The notes under the pieces: model-generated | Database searches by the model: none | What the model saw: only the letters and a program-made list of their open reading frames with translations | What the model was told of the DNA's origin: nothing | Position numbers and translations under genes: made by a program | From: Patescibacteria group bacterium | Lineage (GTDB): Bacteria; Patescibacteriota; Microgenomatia; JAMCZE01 | NCBI GenBank assembly: GCA_023485845.1 | Contig: JAMCZE010000001.1 | Coordinates: forward strand, 1 to 60,455 | DNA length: 60,455 nt | Direction: 5' to 3' | Part shown: piece by piece, positions 47,004 through 54,995 of the stretch | Position numbering within the stretch: position 1 is the stretch's first letter | How the letters are laid out: the number at the start of each line of letters is the position of its first letter

Positions 47004-48384
47004 TAGTCGGCCGCAACAACGGAAACATAACTGTTTCGCGAATGGGCAAATTTGCCAAAAATGAAAACAGCCGTTCGCTAACACCAAAACCGGTGACCGG
47101 CGGCATACCATATTCTAAGGCGGTCACAAAATCATTGTCAAGCATCTGTGCTTCAGTGTCCCCCTTATCCCGCATTCTCTGCTGTTTCGTAAATCTTTCT
47201 TTTTGGTCGATGGGGTCATTAAGCTCCGAGTAGCCATTACCCATTTCACTACCGGCAATGATCACTTGATACCGCTCAACCAACTCCGGCCGGCTCTCCA
47301 GCCGTTTTGCCAGGGGAGAAACCGCCACTGGATGGCCGGTTAAAAACACCGGCCCGGTAATTTTCTCCCGGATACCTTTCCAAATTTGGTCAATTTCCCG
47401 GCCGTTATCCATTTTTGTCACGTCCACTCCGGCCTCTTTTTGAACTGTCTGCGCGTAATCAATGCGTGGCCAATCCTCAGCAAAGTCAACTTTGTGGTTA
47501 TTAATTTCAAATTCCATTTTCCCAAAAGTTTTTTCAATCACCGCTTTATACATTTCTTCCACCAATTTCATGGAATCTTCAAAGTTAGCGTAGGCCCAAT
47601 AGAACTCCATTTGGGTGTAGTCCTGCAGGTGCTCTCGGCTGATGCCTTCATTGCGAAATTGCCGGCCGATTTCAAAAGTTTTCTCGAAACCGGCAACCAT
47701 TAATCGTTTTTGCCACAACTCGCCCATGGAAATGCGCAAATAGAGGTCGATGTCTAAAGCGTTATGGTGGGTGACAAAGGGATTGGCGTCGGCCCCGCCG
47801 GCAGTGGTTTCCAAAACCGGCGTTTCCACTTCCAGAAAGCCGCGATCCGTTAAAAATGCCCGCATGCTGTTCCAGAAAACCGCTTTTTTGGCCAGCAGTT
47901 GTTTCAGATCGTCGTTAAGCAGCAGGTCCAAATAGCGCTGACGGTAACGGGTTTCTTCATCTTTAATTCCGAACCATTCCGACGGCAATGGGCGAAGGGA
48001 TTTTGTTAACAGTTCAAAGTCGGTGACATCAATGGTTATTTCTCCGGCTTTGGTTTTAGTTACGGTTCCTTGTGTTCCCAAAAAATCGCCGATGTCAAAG
48101 AGCTTAAGCAACTCGAATTTTTTATCTCCTAGTTTTTCTTTTTGAAACCAAAGCTGAATTTTTCCCGAGGCGTCTTTCAGATCGGCAAAAACCAAACTGC
48201 CATGCTCCCGCCAGGCGGTGATCCGCCCTTCCACAGCTTCTTTTTGACCCGGACTTTTGACGGCTTTGGCAATGGGCGTTGCCGACTGAGAATATTTTGA
48301 CGGATAGGGATTAATTCCAAGGGAGCGCAATTTTTCCAACTTTCCGTTGCGGATTTTGATTAGTTCATCAATTGGCGCGGCCAT
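46990..48384 (-). CDS. lysS: Lysine--tRNA ligase, class II
   Basis: RYRQRYLDL, GGA.A.PF.THHN, FRNEG, YSELNDP, LEYGMPP. Confidence 0.96.
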   Translation of the reverse strand: MAAPIDELIKIRNGKLEKLRSLGINPYPSKYSQSATPIAKAVKSPGQKEAVEGRITAWREHGSLVFADLKDASGKIQLWFQKEKLGDKKFELLKLFDIGDFLGTQGTVTKTKAGEITIDVTDFELLTKSLRPLPSEWFGIKDEETRYRQRYLDLLLNDDLKQLLAKKAVFWNSMRAFLTDRGFLEVETPVLETTAGGADANPFVTHHNALDIDLYLRISMGELWQKRLMVAGFEKTFEIGRQFRNEGISREHLQDYTQMEFYWAYANFEDSMKLVEEMYKAVIEKTFGKMEFEINNHKVDFAEDWPRIDYAQTVQKEAGVDVTKMDNGREIDQIWKGIREKITGPVFLTGHPVAVSPLAKRLESRPELVERYQVIIAGSEMGNGYSELNDPIDQKERFTKQQRMRDKGDTEAQMLDNDFVTALEYGMPPVTGFGVSERLFSFLANLPIRETVMFPLLRPTNEKK

Positions 48385-48400
48385 AAGAAGATGATACCAC

Positions 48401-48871
48401 TTACTCGATGGAGACAATAGTGTAAACCACTTTGCCGGCGGGAGCGGCCACTTCGACTTTTTCCCCGACCTTTTTGCCCAGAAGAGCTTTGCCCAGTGGG
48501 GAACTGCCGGAAATTTTCATCTCGGCCGGTTTGGCTTCCCAGTCGCCGACAATCTGGAAGGCTTGGGTTTTCCCATTGATTTTGACGGTCACTTTGCAGC
48601 CGACGTCGATGGCCCCTTTCTTGCCGCTGGCCGCAGCCGTGACCATGGTGGCATTTTTAAGAATGTTTTCCAGTTCATCAATTCGGCCTTCAATAAACTC
48701 CTGCTCCTGTTTGCCAAATTGATAGGCGGAGTTTTCCGACAAGTCACCGTCGTCCCTGGCATGGGCCACGCGCTCCACCACGGCCGGAAGTTTGGCGTTT
48801 TTCAGTTCATCCAGCTCTTTTTTGAGGGCCCCCAAGCCGTCCTTAGTTAACATGACTGTGTCCGTTTTCAT
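48401..48871 (-). CDS. greA: Transcription elongation factor GreA
   Basis: AR..GDLSENS.Y, RI.ELE, KIS..SPLGKALLG. Confidence 0.95.
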   Translation of the reverse strand: MKTDTVMLTKDGLGALKKELDELKNAKLPAVVERVAHARDDGDLSENSAYQFGKQEQEFIEGRIDELENILKNATMVTAAASGKKGAIDVGCKVTVKINGKTQAFQIVGDWEAKPAEMKISGSSPLGKALLGKKVGEKVEVAAPAGKVVYTIVSIE

Positions 48872-48885
48872 AAACTTTCTTTAAC

Positions 48886-48915
48886 AAAAAAAATCGCGAG
48901 AGGTTCCTCTGGCGA
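48886..48915 (-). terminator. Terminator-like hairpin in the greA leader
   Basis: tcgc-c-agag-gaac-ctct-c-gcga followed by T8, between promoter and ATG. Confidence 0.65.
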
Positions 48916-48924
48916 AGTGATCCT

Positions 48925-48952
48925 ATTCTACCATCTTTTCTTGCTTTGTCAA
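48925..48952 (-). promoter_or_regulatory. greA promoter
   Basis: TTGACA-16 nt-TAGAAT with extended TG; overlaps a divergent TTGCTT-17-TAAAAT promoter for tRNA-Glu. Confidence 0.7.
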
Positions 48953-48978
48953 TGGGAAAAAGCTAAAATCTAGCTGCA

Positions 48979-49052
48979 GCCGCGTTCGTCTAGTGGTCTA
49001 GGACGGTTGGTTCTCATCCAACAAATCATCGGTTCGAGTCCGATACGCGGCA
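48979..49052 (+). tRNA. tRNA-Glu(CTC), CCA not encoded
   Basis: GCCGCGT/ACGCGGC acceptor, GTTGG-TTCTCAT-CCAAC, ATCGG-TTCGAGT-CCGAT. Confidence 0.95.
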
Positions 49053-49098
49053 CAAACTCCTTCTTGCATCTTGAGCAGAAATAATTTAACTTTAACTT

Positions 49099-49788
49099 GT
49101 GATTCGGTTTGCACCACTGCTGGTTGCCCTCACGGTTTTCGTCACTACTTTGGCTTTTCGCGCCCAGGTGAACAGCCAGGTGGCCGACGAGCTTTCATCA
49201 AAGGCGTTTATTGACCGGATCTTGTCTTCCACCGGCAAGCTTGATCCCAACGCCACCACCGGCGTTTGGTTTAATAAAAATGTCGGCGTGCCCACGGCCG
49301 ATTTGGCGGCCGCGCTTCTTGACAGCGCGTCAACAAACGTTCTTGGCACCAGCTCCGACAAGTGGATCGAGGTCGATTTGACCACCCAACATCTTTATGC
49401 CCATGAAGGGGGCCGGGTGGTTTTTGATTTTCCCATCAGCTCCGGTTTGCCCTGGTTTCCCACTGCCACCGGGGAGTTTCACATCTGGGCCAAACTGCGG
49501 TCCCAGGAAATGATCGGCGGCTCGCGCGACAACGGCACCTATTATGATTTGCCTAACGTGCCGTTTATTCAATATTTCTACAATGGTTATGGTTTGCACG
49601 GAGCCTATTGGCACCATGACTTTGGCCATCCCCGGTCCCACGGCTGTGTGAACATTGATATTGCCGATTCGGAAAAGCTGTTTAACTGGACTGACCCGCA
49701 GCTGGCCCCAGGTCAGTCGGCCGTCTTTAATATTGATCCTTCGGTGGGAACCCGGGTGGTGGTTCATGGAACCACGCCGGCGCCATAG
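49099..49788 (+). CDS. L,D-transpeptidase family protein
   Basis: IEVDLT.Q.L, ISSG...PT.TG.F, LHGAYWH..FG.P.SHGCVN. Confidence 0.92.
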   Translation: MIRFAPLLVALTVFVTTLAFRAQVNSQVADELSSKAFIDRILSSTGKLDPNATTGVWFNKNVGVPTADLAAALLDSASTNVLGTSSDKWIEVDLTTQHLYAHEGGRVVFDFPISSGLPWFPTATGEFHIWAKLRSQEMIGGSRDNGTYYDLPNVPFIQYFYNGYGLHGAYWHHDFGHPRSHGCVNIDIADSEKLFNWTDPQLAPGQSAVFNIDPSVGTRVVVHGTTPAP

Positions 49789-49803
49789 TGATAAAATAGC
49801 CCC

Positions 49804-50229
49804 GTGACAATTAAAACCCACAGCGGCGCCCAAACGCAAAAGTTTGGGGAAGAATTTGCGAAAAAAATTGCCGGCGGGGCAGGCCTGCCTGCCGGCGGGC
49901 AGGTAGTGTGTCTTTATGGTGATCTGGGCGCCGGCAAAACCACTTTTGTCCAGGGGATGGCCCGGGGGTTGGGGATTAAGAAAAGAATCGTCAGCCCGAC
50001 CTTTATCATCGTTCGCCAGTACAAAAAACTTTTCCACATTGACCTTTATCGGCTGGATTCGGCGGCTAATTTGGGACTGGAAGAAATAATGGGGGAGTCG
50101 GGCAACATTGTTCTAATTGAGTGGCCGGAAAAAATCGAGAACATCCTGCCCAAAAATCACTGGGAGATAAGATTTAAAATAGTGAATGAAAAAACTCGGG
50201 AAATAAGTGTTAAGCATTATAAGCATTAA
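49804..50229 (+). CDS. tsaE: t6A biosynthesis ATPase TsaE
   Basis: LYGDLGAGKTTF, SPTF, HIDLYRL, IEWPE. Confidence 0.95.
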   Translation: MTIKTHSGAQTQKFGEEFAKKIAGGAGLPAGGQVVCLYGDLGAGKTTFVQGMARGLGIKKRIVSPTFIIVRQYKKLFHIDLYRLDSAANLGLEEIMGESGNIVLIEWPEKIENILPKNHWEIRFKIVNEKTREISVKHYKH

Positions 50230-50236
50230 TAAAATA

Positions 50237-50557
50237 GTGAAATTATATATCGACACATCATCAAACCAAAGAACCGTCGTTCGGCTAGGGGAGAGGGAAT
50301 TAGTGCAAAGCTCTCGCGCCTGGCACTCACAAGTCGTCTTGCCGATGATCAAGAAATTGCTAACAGCTAACAGCTGTCAGCTAAAAGCTATTGATGAAAT
50401 TGAAGTTAATCCTGGTCCTGGATCGTTCACCGGCTTGCGGGTGGGCGCCGCCATTGCCGGTGCTTTGGGTTATGCCCTAAAAGTTCCGGTTAACGGCCTT
50501 CGGTTTGACAAATCCCCTGCTTCGTACTATAGTATTAACTATGGCAGAAACGCTTAG
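50237..50557 (+). CDS. tsaB: TsaB, N-terminal-half form
   Basis: LYIDTS, HSQ..LP.I..LL, GPGSFTGLRVG; follows tsaE. Confidence 0.9.
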   Translation: MKLYIDTSSNQRTVVRLGERELVQSSRAWHSQVVLPMIKKLLTANSCQLKAIDEIEVNPGPGSFTGLRVGAAIAGALGYALKVPVNGLRFDKSPASYYSINYGRNA

Positions 50558-50846
50558 GAAGATTCTGGCCGCGGTCATCGGACTATTAATTATTATTGCC
50601 TTAATTATAGCGGCAAAGTGGACCGGTGACCAAATCCGGCAAAAGTTTTTCACCCCAAAAACTCCGACCATGGTCGAGCAGACCGTGCCGGCACAACAAA
50701 CTCAACCGTTAGCGCAAAACTCACCGACGGCAACTTATTCGGCAATTCCCTCCACCGGCCCGCGCGAAGACGCGATGGTTCTTTTGGTGTTTTTTGCCTT
50801 AGCGGGTGTGGTTACATTGCGGTTTGCCAAGTCGCCAACGGCTTAA
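50541..50846 (+). CDS. Small protein with N-terminal TM and C-terminal IPSTG-TM-basic (sortase-like) signal
   Basis: ...AIPSTGPREDAMVLLVFFALAGVVTLRFAKS; TATAGT 7 nt before the revised ATG. Confidence 0.7.
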   Translation: MAETLRKILAAVIGLLIIIALIIAAKWTGDQIRQKFFTPKTPTMVEQTVPAQQTQPLAQNSPTATYSAIPSTGPREDAMVLLVFFALAGVVTLRFAKSPTA

Positions 50847-51342
50847 GACAGGTGTCGCTGCTATAGACATAGCGAAAAATCTGGCTCCCTGCTTGCCAAT
50901 AAAGATCGCTTTCCACCCCGTTAGTTTTAACAAAGGTGTATTTCACCGCCGAAAGGCTACTGACTTTGGCCCCGAATTTCCACTGCAGAAGAATATTTTT
51001 GGCGGTTTTAAATTCCACCTGGTCGACTTTTTGGGATGATTTTAACAATGTTAACTGACAGGAGATCTTGTCGGGACTAAGAAAGACCACTTCTTGTTTC
51101 TCATTATCGCCTGGTGCTTTCTCTTGGGCCGTCCAATCCGGCGGATATTGGATCTGATAATGATATTTGGTGCTGACAAAGGTCGGCCAGTCGGGATGGG
51201 TGGCAGCGTCAATAATTGTTGTCCCCGTCCAGAGCTGGCGCAAAAAATAGCCGGCAACCAGTCCCAAAATCACGATTAAAACAATCGCTAAAGGAGTCTT
51301 TTTAACAACAACAGTCACAATTCCATTATATCTGTTACTCAA
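50812..51342 (-). CDS. Single-TM protein with PsbP-like domain (putative); start uncertain
   Basis: TM, then W.TF....Y.Y.IQYP.DW. Confidence 0.6.
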   Translation of the reverse strand: MSNRYNGIVTVVVKKTPLAIVLIVILGLVAGYFLRQLWTGTTIIDAATHPDWPTFVSTKYHYQIQYPPDWTAQEKAPGDNEKQEVVFLSPDKISCQLTLLKSSQKVDQVEFKTAKNILLQWKFGAKVSSLSAVKYTFVKTNGVESDLYWQAGSQIFRYVYSSDTCLKPLATWQTAM

Positions 51343-51366
51343 AAAATTTGTTTAGACCGTTGCTTA

Positions 51367-51395
51367 TTGACAATTTGACTAACAATGACTATAGT
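51367..51395 (+). promoter_or_regulatory. Promoter of the SipW/TasA-like operon
   Basis: TTGACA-17 nt-TATAGT, then a ~100-nt leader and GAGGGGGTGA RBS. Confidence 0.75.
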
Positions 51396-51503
51396 AAGTA
51401 TGCTGAGAGATAACTGATATTAATTTTCCTGCCCGGCAAAAAATATGCCGAATAAAAATCCTCAAATATTTCTCAATCTTCTGCCGAGAGGGGGTGAAAA
51501 TTA

Positions 51504-52106
51504 ATGAAGCGGATTTTATTAAGCTTGGTAATGATTCTTGCCGCAGCGACAATGGTTGCTGGTGCAACACGAGCCTACTACACGGATTCAGTGACCTTAT
51601 CGGGAATCACTTTTTCAACAGGTAACGCTGACCTGAAGCTTACCCAGATCATTACACATCAATGGTGGGACGGAACAGTTTCTTATACAACCCCCGCCGA
51701 CAGTGGTTGGACCACCTATGCTTCGGGACAATTTAGTGAAACAAATTGGTATCCCGGACAAACAGTCACTGATGGATTCTATGTGGGTAATTTCAGCACT
51801 GCACAGATCGGGCTTACACCCACTGTTTCCTTAACGGGTTACTCACAGAGTGTTGGGGGAATGGATAACGTCTTCCTGATGAGAATTCACGGTACTGGCT
51901 ATGATTCTGGATGGCAGACAATCAATTGGTGGCGGAATAATTCCTTCACCATGCCCAATATTGCGTGGGTAGCAGGTACACCTCCCAATCCAAATGGGAG
52001 CTACTCTGGATATATTGATGTCCAGATGGATCCGAGCGCTGGTAATTCCTACCAGAGCGCGGCGATGAGCTTTAACCTACTGTTTAATGCGGCACAAACA
52101 CCGTAA
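51504..52106 (+). CDS. TasA/camelysin-like protein with SipW-cognate signal peptide (putative major fibre subunit)
   Basis: MKRILLS...GATRA-YYTDSVTLSGITFSTGNADL; NWYPG; MDPSAGNSYQ...F.L.F.A.Q. Confidence 0.8.
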   Translation: MKRILLSLVMILAAATMVAGATRAYYTDSVTLSGITFSTGNADLKLTQIITHQWWDGTVSYTTPADSGWTTYASGQFSETNWYPGQTVTDGFYVGNFSTAQIGLTPTVSLTGYSQSVGGMDNVFLMRIHGTGYDSGWQTINWWRNNSFTMPNIAWVAGTPPNPNGSYSGYIDVQMDPSAGNSYQSAAMSFNLLFNAAQTP

Positions 52107-52122
52107 TCCGTAGGCTTTAGCT

Positions 52123-52152
52123 GGGTTGCACAAGGGGGACTTTGTGCAACTT
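52123..52152 (+). other. Intergenic stem-loop after the TasA-like gene
   Basis: gggttgcacaagg-ggga-ctttgtgcaactt, with no U tract. Confidence 0.6.
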
Positions 52153-52162
52153 ACTAAGTCCT

Positions 52163-52738
52163 ATGAGAAAAAATCTTAACGCGTTGCTGAAGAAGACTAA
52201 GCAATTTGCCCCATATGTATATTGGGGAATATTTGTTGTACTTGCAGCAATTGCCATTTTGGTAGCATTGTCTGGCATCAACACGCCTTTTAAAATAAGA
52301 GTTTTTAGTGTTCAATCGGGGTCAATGAGTCCAGCAATTCCTACGGGTAGCGTTGTGATTGTCCGACCAGAGACTGACTATAAGAAAGGTGATGTTGTTA
52401 CCTTTAAGTACTCCCAGGACCGCGAGTCTAAAAATCCCAAAGAGACCGTAACTCACCGAATCGTTGAGGTTAAAATAATTGATAGCAAAGTCTCTTACAT
52501 GACAGAAGGTGACGCTAATAAATCTGCCGATCCAACCCCAGTCGACAAGGATCTGGTGATTGGCAAAGTGGTCTTGTCGATCCCTTTAATTGGTTATCCA
52601 GTGGGGTTCGCGAGGACTCTGCCGGGCTTGATTTTGCTGATAATTATCCCCGCAACAATAATTATCTATAGTGAACTGGTGAACGTAAAGAAAGAGATTG
52701 GGAAACTTCTTAAACAACGTGCCAAAAATAAAAAATGA
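52163..52738 (+). CDS. sipW: Signal peptidase I, SipW / ER type (Ser-His)
   Basis: VQSGSMSP.IPTGS, GDVVTF, VTHRIV, T.GDAN...D, VIGKV...IP.IGY. Confidence 0.9.
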   Translation: MRKNLNALLKKTKQFAPYVYWGIFVVLAAIAILVALSGINTPFKIRVFSVQSGSMSPAIPTGSVVIVRPETDYKKGDVVTFKYSQDRESKNPKETVTHRIVEVKIIDSKVSYMTEGDANKSADPTPVDKDLVIGKVVLSIPLIGYPVGFARTLPGLILLIIIPATIIIYSELVNVKKEIGKLLKQRAKNKK

Positions 52739-53808
52739 GAAATTCTTTTTTTAAATTACTGTTACTTTTCGTGATTCTCTTTGTCCCAACGATTGGGGGA
52801 AGTAATGCTTCATTTCTCGACTTTGTGACGTTATCTGGGATCACCATTACCACTGGTTGTTGGGTGGCGCCAACGGTGCCGGTGCCAGTCTACCCTGCCG
52901 ACCCAACCTATGCCGGGGCGGCTTCCGCTTGGAATCTCAATCCCTATTTCGACTGGACCGATTCCACCAGTTCTTGTCCACAGCACCCGGACATCGCCTA
53001 TGAGTTTCAAACCTCGGTGGACAGTGCCGGAAACACCGTGCTCTATACTTCCAATTGGATTACTGTTTCGCAAACGCCGCCCTTCAGTTTGCCCGACGGG
53101 GTCTATTATTGGCGCGTTCGGGCCCGGGATTCGTTCCATAACACCAGTGCCTGGTCGGCACCGGCGCTTTTGGTAGTGGACCGAGCGGCGCCGACATCAA
53201 CTTTCACTTCCCCGGTGCCCAACACCGATGTAACGGCCAGCCCAATTCATTTTGCCGGCAACACCCATGACGATTTTGGAGTGGTTAGTGTTGATTTGCT
53301 TTATAGTCAATATGCTGGCAGCTGCAATTCCAGCTATACCTTAATCACCACTTTGGTCAATTCTTCAGTGAGCAATGACTTTTCTTGGAGTTATGACTGG
53401 ACACCGGGTTCTTCCGGCAGCTACTGCTTGAAGGCCGAGGGCCAGGATCAGGCAGGTAATAAGGAGGCCAGTCCGGTGGTGGCTAACATTTCCTATCATC
53501 AAGCCGCTGATCCGGCGGCGGCACTAAGCCTTTCCGGCGATCAACACACAATTACTTTCACCGTTAATAATCTTGCTAACTTTAAACATCTGGCTTACCA
53601 GTTAACCTATGACACCAGCAGCGCCCCCCAGGGGGTGACGGGTGATTTTGATTTAAACGGTGACGTCAATGTTTCCCGGGACATTTTGTTGGGCACTTGT
53701 TCCACCGGCGGAACTTGTGTTTATTCCCTCGGCAGTAAGAACTTCGTTTTGACGGTGATGTTGACAGACAGCGGTGGGGCAACAACAAGTCTTAGCGCAC
53801 ACTTATGA
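52735..53808 (+). CDS. SipW-cognate protein with FN3/Ig-like domains (putative tip or nucleator)
   Basis: GGSNA-SFLDFVTLSGITITTGCW; GVYYWRVRARD...N.SAWS; VDRAAP; DQAGN.E. Confidence 0.75.
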   Translation: MRNSFFKLLLLFVILFVPTIGGSNASFLDFVTLSGITITTGCWVAPTVPVPVYPADPTYAGAASAWNLNPYFDWTDSTSSCPQHPDIAYEFQTSVDSAGNTVLYTSNWITVSQTPPFSLPDGVYYWRVRARDSFHNTSAWSAPALLVVDRAAPTSTFTSPVPNTDVTASPIHFAGNTHDDFGVVSVDLLYSQYAGSCNSSYTLITTLVNSSVSNDFSWSYDWTPGSSGSYCLKAEGQDQAGNKEASPVVANISYHQAADPAAALSLSGDQHTITFTVNNLANFKHLAYQLTYDTSSAPQGVTGDFDLNGDVNVSRDILLGTCSTGGTCVYSLGSKNFVLTVMLTDSGGATTSLSAHL

Positions 53809-54995
53809 GAAAACTACTTCCTGTCATCTTGGGATTGACCGCCCTATTTTTTTTGTTTTTGCCGCGGCCAACTTTGGCAGCGGACCTGACAGTTAGCTGT
53901 AATGACAGCGGTTGTTCTCCGGCCACCTCACCCAGCATCTTTCCCACCGACTTTTGGTTTCCCGGCCGCTCGGTCAGCCGGCAGGTGGCGGTGACCAACA
54001 CTGACAGTAACCCGTTGACGGTGAGTAATCAAGCTCAAAACACTGCCGTCACCGGCAGCTTGGACACAGTGATGCTGCTTTCCATTATTAGGGACAGCGA
54101 CAGCACGGTTCTTTGGAGCGGAACCTTGCATGATTTTTACAGTGCCGGAAATGTGCCTTTAGGGGTGTTGGCCGGCGGCCACAGTGAAAGTTTTGACTAT
54201 GTGGTGACGATGGATTCCTCGGCCGGAAATGAGTATCAGGATAAAGAGACCAGTTATGATTTAGTGCTCTATTTTTCCGGTGGAGCTGCACCAGCAACGA
54301 TAACAACTGGGGGCGGGGGGACGGTGGCCGGGGCATCCACGCCGGTTTGCAATGACACGGCGCCAGCCGGCGCGCCGGTGTTAACGGGCATTGTTGCCGG
54401 AACCAATAGTGTGACCCTGTTCTGGAACAAAGCCGCCGACCCGGTGACTTATTATTTGGTGGCCTACGGCACTGATCCGGCGGCCGACCAGTTTGGTAAT
54501 CCCAATGTTGGCGGTGCCGGCACGACAAGCTACACGGTTGGTGGTTTGTCCGGTGGTGTGACCTACTATTTCAAGGTCCGGGCGGGCAACGGGTGCGCGC
54601 CGGGACCGTTCTCAAACATTTTGTCCGTTACACCCGGCGGCGGAGTGGTTAGCGGCCCGGCAGCCGGATTTATCCCCGGTGTGTTGGGGGAAGCCACCCC
54701 TTCGGCGGTTTTGTCAACTCCCAGCGGCGAAACCAAAGGAGCGGCGACCCAAGCGGTTTGTTCCGAGTGCGTTTGGTGGCCATTTCTTCTACTTGAGGTC
54801 GTGACTCTAGCTCTTCTGATTAGAAAACGGTGGTTAGTCCGAGCCCTGGTCCCGGTTGCGGTCTTTATTCTTTGGTGGTTTGTCAACCGCTACGCCTGTC
54901 CAAACTTCTTTTGCCAGTGGTTTTGGCTGCTGGACATCTTAGTTTTTCTGCTGGCCATCCCGGTTGCAAGATGGCTTAGAAGGAGATTACAATGA
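53805..54995 (+). CDS. TasA-like domain, FN3 and C-terminal TM helices (putative anchor)
   Basis: WFPGRSVSR.V.V.N...MDSSAGNEYQ; FN3 SVTL.W...YTVGGL..G.TYYF.VRAGNGC; hydrophobic C-terminus. Confidence 0.75.
   Translation: MRKLLPVILGLTALFFLFLPRPTLAADLTVSCNDSGCSPATSPSIFPTDFWFPGRSVSRQVAVTNTDSNPLTVSNQAQNTAVTGSLDTVMLLSIIRDSDSTVLWSGTLHDFYSAGNVPLGVLAGGHSESFDYVVTMDSSAGNEYQDKETSYDLVLYFSGGAAPATITTGGGGTVAGASTPVCNDTAPAGAPVLTGIVAGTNSVTLFWNKAADPVTYYLVAYGTDPAADQFGNPNVGGAGTTSYTVGGLSGGVTYYFKVRAGNGCAPGPFSNILSVTPGGGVVSGPAAGFIPGVLGEATPSAVLSTPSGETKGAATQAVCSECVWWPFLLLEVVTLALLIRKRWLVRALVPVAVFILWWFVNRYACPNFFCQWFWLLDILVFLLAIPVARWLRRRLQ

Noticed and set aside
49330-50037. Long antisense ORFs such as 49330-50037, 26637-27335, 33101-33697 and 39853-40404
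   Set aside because: Shadows of well-supported genes on the opposite strand; no recognisable motifs.
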